From NCBI GenBank assembly GCA_951406725.2, contig OX597828.1, positions 75,268,001 through 75,332,000 on the forward strand: DNA of 64,000 nucleotides. The letters are read 5' to 3'. Shown piece by piece: positions 55,358 through 64,000 of the stretch (position 1 is the first letter of the stretch; the number at the start of each line of letters is the position of its first letter). The position numbers and the translations under genes were made by a program. The DNA comes from Octopus vulgaris. Taxonomy: Eukaryota. The notes beneath the pieces are model-generated. The model saw only the letters and a list, made by a program, of their open reading frames with translations, ran no database searches and was not told the origin of the DNA.

Positions 55358-56850
55358 ATACACACACACACACGCGCGGGGAACAGGTTCAAACGAACAT
55401 TGTCAGGTTCTTTTAAAAAATTCAAAGAAATTTGAGAGGTAAGATATGCGTATGTGTATGCATGGATGCGTGAATATGTGTGTGCGTGTGTGTATCTAAA
55501 GCACACACCCATATATGTATGTATATTATACACAGGTTAATCAGTAGGAGCACCCACCAAATTGAAACTCTACACACACTGCAGATGGCTCCCTGACCGT
55601 GCTTTATATATCATTTAATTAATACGATACAGTGTTGGCGGGATGAGTACAATTAAAGTATCTGTTGTTATTGTTGGTTACCCAAAATAGCTAAGCGGAA
55701 ATATAACCAAAGCCTTTCCGACCTCGACCATCCTGTTTTTCCTTCTTTATAGCATATCTTGGATTATATTATGCAGTGTTACTTCTCTCTGGAAAATCTG
55801 TCGAACAAGGTTGTCAATCATACAGCCTGGGATCCGACATCTTTATTTCTCTTCTCCGACATCTCTTCTTAAAATTTTACAATATTCTGTAAAATACCCG
55901 TCTTTAGCATGCGTTTAGGGTCGGAATTCTACTAGAGTTGCGATTAACAGGTTACATTCCTTTGTAATCTCAACCAATGAAAAAGAAGTTTATGAATCCG
56001 TATGCTAAAAGATGTGACTTATTTACCCTTCATTTTGTTGATATATGAGGTAAACAAAGGTTTATGTTTCAAATTTACGCATGCGTCCTTCCTAATGGAG
56101 CCTAGTGATATGAAAAACATTGAAAAATTTTGCGGCAAGAACAGTGGCAGCTTTCCATCAAACATTAGTCTTCTTAAAGAATTGTAGGCCTTCCTTTGAA
56201 CTATATCTCCCTTCTAATTTAAAACACTACTACTTAATAGAACCGTACTTTTAAAATGTGGACGAATTTTTCTCACACAAAATATCGTAACGCCTCATAT
56301 GCACCTTTATTGTTATTTGTAGTGTATTTTGATCCGTTTTACTCATTTAATCTGGCCTGCATTATGAATTGGGCTTTTAGGAATAATTGCTCCTATCCAC
56401 TCGTAAGATTTTTTCTGCTTCAGTCCGGCCCACAAAGCCAAATGTGTTTGACACACTTGGTATAGGAGATTTGGTAGTTAGTTCTAGCAAGTACAGATTT
56501 CCCATCGCTATTATGAATGATTTGATGGATGTGAAATGCCTAATTAACTGAAAAGTAAAGCACAAGTCAGAGGTAAGAAAGCGGTTGGGAATGAACGGAC
56601 TCAGCTGAAATATGCGAGACATGACCGCACTTATGATGCACGTGGACGATAAGTGATGAGGTGGGGAAAAACGGATACACACTTGATGGAATGTTATAAT
56701 GGAAGACTTCATGTGAAAGTATTATCGAAAAACATGTGAGAAAAATAATGACAGATATTGCGAGGAGAGAGCTCAGGACTAATGAATTCATGAGTGAAAA
56801 TGGTAAAGAATCCAAAAGTCAGTCATCATACACACACATAACTGCGAACA

Positions 56851-56913
<63 letters not shown>

Positions 56914-56997
56914 ATATATATATGTGCACATTATATATACACGTCATACTATACATATATATGCATAGATATAACACAGACATTTACACACATAGTA

Positions 56998-57516
<519 letters not shown>

Positions 57517-57527
57517 CATACATATAA

Positions 57528-57559
<32 letters not shown>

Positions 57560-57743
57560 GTATGTATGCATGTATGTGTGTATGTATGTGTGTATGCACC
57601 CCCCCCCCGCATTTACAGACAAAAAATATTAAATGTGTGTATATATATATATACATGCGTTCAAACATATATATGGACGTATACATATAGATATATTTTA
57701 AATATATGAATCTATACCTGCTTATGTACATATTTATGTGTAC

Positions 57744-57775
<32 letters not shown>

Positions 57776-57949
57776 CAGACATGCGTACATATATGTAGAA
57801 TGTGAGAAAATCCTTAGTTTTGATAAACTACTAATTTTAACCAATCAGGAAAGAGAAAGATGGGAACATATTCATGAACTCAAGCCTACGTAATTCCTGT
57901 TTATATTTTATTCATTATAAATATACATGGCATCCTTTAAAGATGTAAA

Positions 57950-58500
57950 ATGCTGTTATTAAAATGTTGAAGGTGCAATGGCAACGCTTGGTCTGAATAT
58001 TCATGAGACAAACTGATGCAATGAAAGCGATTAACCGAAACACCGAGAAGAACGTTGGATTTATTAGGCCACAAATATCAGCAAGCGACTTTTAATTATT
58101 CAGATTCCATTAGGAAAATTGTAAACGCTTTCCTTTATCCTCATGTGTAATTAATTGATTGTGGCGAAGAACTTCTGCATGGTCATAATCCGCTGGGATG
58201 GCATCATCTTGTATAAACTTCGCTTGGTAATGTCACGAGTTCTGCTTACTGAACTAAAACATTTGAATTTTGTATGACTCGCAAAGTTTTCCTCTACTTT
58301 TTTTCGCACTTCCAGGGATAATTGACCAATTCTTGCAGTGGAACGGCAAAACTTATGTTTCTTTAAACACCTGCGTGAGATTTCTCACAATTACTTCTTT
58401 TAAATGGTATTTATTGAATATGGTGAGTGTTGTCGGCACCGAAATATGTATTGCACTGTCACCATTTCTATTAAATAATCCCAGGGCTTCAAATCTGGTG
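57950..58500 (-). pseudogene. Highly decayed Tc1/mariner-superfamily transposase fragment
   Basis: Minus strand VTVQYIFR..., HEDKGKRLQFS*W and LWPNKSNVLLGVSVNRFHCISLSHEYS (resembles LWSDEAxFHLxGxVNRHNCxxWxxENP). Confidence 0.45.
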
Positions 58501-58760
58501 TCTAGATTTATTCTACAATGATGATGTTAATATCTTGAGTAGATAAAATAGGAATTACCATTATGTGGAGGCATAAGAAGACATATTTCATAGTTTTTGT
58601 GATTGTTTAAACTTATTAGTTGATGAAAATAATGAGATAGGGAATTGTCCTGAGCATGGCTTATATATATGGTCCACCAACATTGATGTAGTTAACGCTC
58701 AACTCTTGAAAATCGATGGATACAAGAAAAACCTGTGCAGAAAAGGATTTCTATAGAAGA

Positions 58761-58988
58761 GTGGCGAGCTGGCAGAAACGTTAGCACGCCGGGCGAAATG
58801 CGTAGCCGCATTTCGTCTGCCGCTGAGTTCAAATTCCACCGAGGTCGACTTTGCCTTTCATCCTTTCGGGGTCGATAAATTAAGTACCAGTTACGCACTG
58901 GGGTCGATGTAATTGACTTAATTACTTTGTCTGTCCTTGTTTGGCCCCTCTATGTTTAGCCCCTTGTGGGCAATAAAGAAATAAGAAA
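58761..58988 (+). mobile_element. SINE family A copy
   Basis: GTGGCGAGCTGGCAGAAACGTTAGCACGCCGGGCGAAATG...GAGTTCAAATTCC...TTTAGCCCCTTGTGGGCAATAAAGAAATA. Confidence 0.88.
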
Positions 58989-59458
58989 AGGATTTCCATA
59001 GAACCGATGTTCACGGAGGGGAGGAATGGTTTGTGTAGGGCCTGAGGGGTTAGTGTGGACCCAATACTTTTTGAGTGAAATTGGGTGCGGGACGGAATCT
59101 GAAAAAGTGTCGGATGGATTGCATTCGTGATTCAAAGACACCACCTTGACATACAATGTTTTCGCTGAACTGAGTGAGAATTAAAAATACATTATATCTT
59201 ACACGTGAATCAGTACTTCAGTTGGACGAACGACTACACGTTCATTGGTGAAACCAACGGTGAATCATTTCTATGGCTTTGAAGAAGAAATAAGGCGTCA
59301 CACGAGCACTGAACTCTGAGGGAAAGCTTTATATAGTAGAAACAGCCGCAAGTTAATGAACGAGATTATGCAACTCCTGTTCCTTTGTCATTCATTCATT
59401 AATATTGTATCGAGTTCTAACAACTAGTAATTAGTACCGCTAAGCATAAGCGAAATCG

Positions 59459-59513
<55 letters not shown>

Positions 59514-59857
59514 CACACACACACTATTGTAGTTCCTACGCGTATTTCACTATTATGATCGTTTAGATCCGTAATGATCAGTTGTGGTTGAGCGTGTATC
59601 AATAAATGCACCCGGAACACCCGTTGCAGCAATCCAGACTACCATAATGGTGGAACGTTCGTAGGAACTGTAATAGAAACTTGTGCTTATCATTATTTCA
59701 CCTACATTTGCTCAGTAGCTTATAAATAGTAATACTACTTAGTATAGAAAGTTACTTAACAACTATACAGGAAGCAGACTGGATTAGGATAATCTAGATG
59801 GAGCTCTCAACGTAACATTTACAGGCGTACATCTATTTGTACACATAATTCCTACGC

Positions 59858-59926
<69 letters not shown>

Positions 59927-60771
59927 ATCTTTCTCTCTCTCTCTATCTATCTTCCTACTAGATGTTGTTATCGTTGTTTTTGTTGTTATTTAGGAAAGTA
60001 AAACCAAGTTATAATTTTACTCAAGAAGGAAAGTATTTTCAAATATAACAAAAGATAATAAAGAATTTCAGATAAATGCAAACAGAGGTTTGCCTCGATG
60101 CACCGTGGTTGGCAGAATATCTTGCTTAAACACAGTCAAAGTGATAAAATGTACTTTTGTGTATGAATATAACATTTGCCAGAGTGTTTTATTCACATTC
60201 AATTATATTTAGACATTGTAATTTCGCCTGACAAACCACATGGCAATTCGCATTTATCATTGATTTTTGCAAATTAAATTAAATTCATTGAAAATTATCG
60301 GTCAGGATGTGCATTAATGAACGAGAGCAGATATCTGTGAATCCAATATCGAATGTTTAAATGTATTGCCTACTTACAGGCAATTCTAGATTTTTAAGTA
60401 TTTCAAATGAATATATTTAAATTCTGATTATATTCCAGTTCCTTTACTTATTGACTTCGGAGAACCGGATAATGCGCGTCTGATGGTTATTGTATACGTA
60501 TGTAGATACACAGGAATAATAAAGAAATACATAGAGCCTATTCATTCATTTTTCTATGGATGGATAACACGACTTTCCTTCATGCTACATGCTATTCGCT
60601 GTTTTGGTAATGCATTCATTCTCTTTTATGAATATTTTCTGTTTCTGAGTTCTTTAATAAAGTTATTACGCTAAAATTATATTCTCGTTCCATCAACAGG
60701 ATATCTATTTCGTATTACGTATCATATGTATAATAATATTTTACATACACGTGTGTTCATCTATCTATCTG

Positions 60772-60870
<99 letters not shown>

Positions 60871-60939
60871 ATCTATCTGTCTATCTAACATATATTTATA
60901 TATGTAACATTATATAACACACACACATACACACACTAT

Positions 60940-61125
60940 GTGGTCGCACATCACGCTAGAAATAACTGCCAATTAACCCTTTAAATTATACCACATTCGC
61001 TTATCACAAGGTAGTAATGCTGTTTTAGATATCCAACGTTGTATAATAAAATGGAAGGGTCATAGTTAGCCCGCCTTTAATCACGGAACTGGTCGTTTAA
61101 AGCTCTCTTGATGCTAAACAACACC
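60940..61125 (+). mobile_element. Family D dispersed repeat
   Basis: GCTAGAAATAACTGCCAATTAACCCT...GGGTCATAGTTAG...CTTTAATCACGG...GCTAAACAACA. Confidence 0.5.
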
Positions 61126-61506
61126 AATAATAACTCTAATAAAAGGAAACGGAATAATGGCTTTTTTCTTTCTCTTCCCTAAAGTTGCTTCAACTGAAGT
61201 TCCTGATGGTGGTGGCATTGCCAAAAGACAATCTCAAATATTCCACTTGACTTTAAACAATATCCGTCTGTCTGTCTGTCAGTCGATCTGTCTGTTTGCC
61301 CGTTCATTCCGTCTGATGATAAAACAGCGAATATTCATGTGTTTAGCACATCGCAGTTGGCCGTGTGATTATGGAAGCGTACAGCCATTACGGCGATGGT
61401 TGGATCTGTAAATCCTGTCATCGGAATATAATTTGGATGGAATGGAATAAACTTCTAAGAATTAATAGGACAAATGAATTATGTATGTATGTAGATAAAT
61501 CAATCA

Positions 61507-61592
<86 letters not shown>

Positions 61593-61682
61593 TTATTTTT
61601 TTCGCTTTCTGTGTGTAGTTTAGTCTGTGTGGATGGCTACCTACCTATATATATATCCCCGTCTGTCTGTCTAATATATATA

Positions 61683-61747
<65 letters not shown>

Positions 61748-62071
61748 CTATTCTCCTCACCCTGCAGTTACTTTCCTGATATTTGAAAACATTTCATTCA
61801 AGCTCACTATTCAGCTTTGCTTAACCCGCATAATTTCAAAAATGGGAAATATAAATAAATAGAGAAAGAAATTCCTACAGTAATTCGCATCAAATACTGT
61901 TTTGATTATCATTTTAGCTGACACTCTGCCACTAACAATAGCAATGATTTTACTTCTGTTGTACACAACCGGAAGTCCCCGCAGGTAGCTGCGCCGCATT
62001 TCCGCAAATTTTGATTCAGCATAAGAATGTATAAACAATGTGTAAAAAGTATAGAAATGAATATTCTATAT

Positions 62072-62174
<103 letters not shown>

Positions 62175-62264
62175 TATATACACTCACATATACATATATA
62201 TACACACATATATACATACACACACATATACATATATACACTCACATATACATATGTAGATTTA

Positions 62265-62298
<34 letters not shown>

Positions 62299-62401
62299 CA
62301 CATATACATATATACACTCACATATACATATATAGATTTATATATATGTATATATACATACATGCACACACACGCACATATATATATACACACACACGCA
62401 C

Positions 62402-62450
<49 letters not shown>

Positions 62451-63688
62451 CATACAAATATAGTAACATGCTGAGAAACACGTACACACGCACATACTAT
62501 TTCCTTGATTTTGATTAAACAGTGGTGGATATTTTAATCAAGTCTTTTTGCCTAAAGTTGCACGTTGGGCCATTTCAGTATCTAATTACACACGTTTTAC
62601 TTAACATACCACAGTTGTCTTCTCTTTCCTGCCAGAGATTAGGCTTACCCGTAATAGTCTCCCGTACACAGTTATATTCAGTCCATTGGTTATTCAACTA
62701 TTCCAGTATTTCTAGGGTTAGACTAAAGTAGAATTTAAACAAACTGGAATTCGTTGCATTTCATTAAACAATTGTCGTCTACGAGGTGGTACGCAACTCT
62801 TTGAAATGTCGTCCTAAAATCTGACTGGCCACTACGACGACAACTAATATATTTACGACTGGATCAACTCAGGAATTGTTATGTCAGAATAATAGTTTCC
62901 TTTGATAGCAAAGGTGATAAGCTCACGATTCACCGAAGAATAACCAGCTAGTACTTGATTTCACAAATTTTATGAAGCCATTTTAGTCACATCGTAGCAT
63001 TTTCAATCGTTTCATTAGAAAGATGACCGATCTAGTTTTTCATTCTTTTGCAGTTAATTTTTGTTGTACCTTCGTAACAATCGTGCGTTGTATGACATTA
63101 TCGACCATTTGTTTACAATTCGTATTATGTTAAAATGTTAACACTTTCTCATGAATGACATTATCGTCTGTTTCGTTGCAGATGCTTTCAGCAAATCCAC
63201 ATATTTACGTTCATTAATCAACCCGCCTATGTATTCTGCGATTTGTGACATTATGCATGGCACGTAATATTTCCATTTTGCGTTTAACATGTTATGAAGC
63301 TTTTAACACTACGTTAAACAACTTAATTCTTATTCGAGGCCTTATTCAATCAGAAATCTCTTTATTGAATATTATTTAGCTACAGCAGACCGATAAGACT
63401 CTTATAAATATCTCGTAGACTTTTCTGTTCCATTCAGATGTAAGCATAATTATTACCATGAATAAAACTATATATAATCGCCCGCCCATCTATCCATCCA
63501 TCCGTCGGTCCGTCGGTCCGTCGGTCTGTCTAGTTTAAATGAATAACCAGAAAGAAAATAGTTGGTATTTTAGTTATTTGATTACAATCGTTTTCGTAGT
63601 CGGTAATCAATGATCAGTGTATATTATATCGATCATTAACCGTATCATGTTATGGTATGATGAAATACAATTTATCTAAGGAATTATC

Positions 63689-64000
63689 GTGGCACTCCGT
63701 CGGTTACGACGACGAGCGTTCCAGTTGATCCGATCAACGGAAAAGCTTGCTCGTGAAATTAACGCGCAAGTGGCTGAGCACTCCACAGACACGTGTACCC
63801 TAACCTAGTTCTCGGGGACTAGGCTAGCCCTTTGAAATATAGGTACAGCAGAAACAGGAAGAAAAAGTGAGAGAAAGTTGTGGTGAAAGAATACAGCAGG
63901 GTTCGCCATCATCCACGTAGAGCTCAATAAACATTCACAACTCTCGGTCTGGAAATCGAAACCGCGATCCTATGACCACGAGTCCGCTGCCCTAACCACT
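63689..64000 (-). mobile_element. SINE family C-tail element with a tRNA-like head running off the window end
   Basis: Minus strand AGTGGTTAGGGCAGCGGACTCGTGGTCATAGGATCGCGGTTTCGATTTCCAGACC. Tail GTTACGACGACGAGCGTTCCAGTTGATCCGATCAACGG is shared with 15328, 26810 and 28358. Confidence 0.8.

Noticed and set aside
55780-56820. Unique 1-kb stretch that might be a decayed DNA transposon or exon
   Set aside because: No recognisable motif or open frame.
62500-63320. Possible decayed Tc1 transposase on the minus strand (GLINERKYVDLLK, TIENA)
   Set aside because: Similarity is too weak to call by eye; it needs a frameshift-aware search.
63930-64000. tRNA gene-like sequence (also at the heads of SINE A, B and C copies)
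   Set aside because: It continues into SINE bodies and has no complete cloverleaf, so these are SINE heads rather than tRNA genes.

Overview
AT-rich, very microsatellite-dense eukaryotic DNA. I found no confident protein-coding exon, and nearly all ORFs in the track are translations of simple repeats. The repeat content (tRNA-derived SINE families recognised from memory as cephalopod-type, plus very long (TA)n/(CA)n/(TACA)n/(ATT)n tracts) suggests an octopus intronic or intergenic region; this is inference, not a database result. Supported content: more than 25 copies or fragments of four SINE-like families, two decayed Penelope-like retroelement (PLE) fragments, several Tc1/mariner relics and MITEs (one a fold-back), two hAT-type MITEs, two non-autonomous Helitrons and two large satellite arrays. 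The most interesting signal is a set of short elements lodged in or beside microsatellites that carry minimal type I hammerhead ribozyme motifs with palindromic stem III (five clear motifs, four variant or decayed). One pair sits back-to-back in a perfect 71-bp inverted repeat. The same 'hairpin + tail inside (TA)n' architecture recurs four times in unrelated sequences. All coordinates were read by eye, and the ends of decayed elements are approximate.
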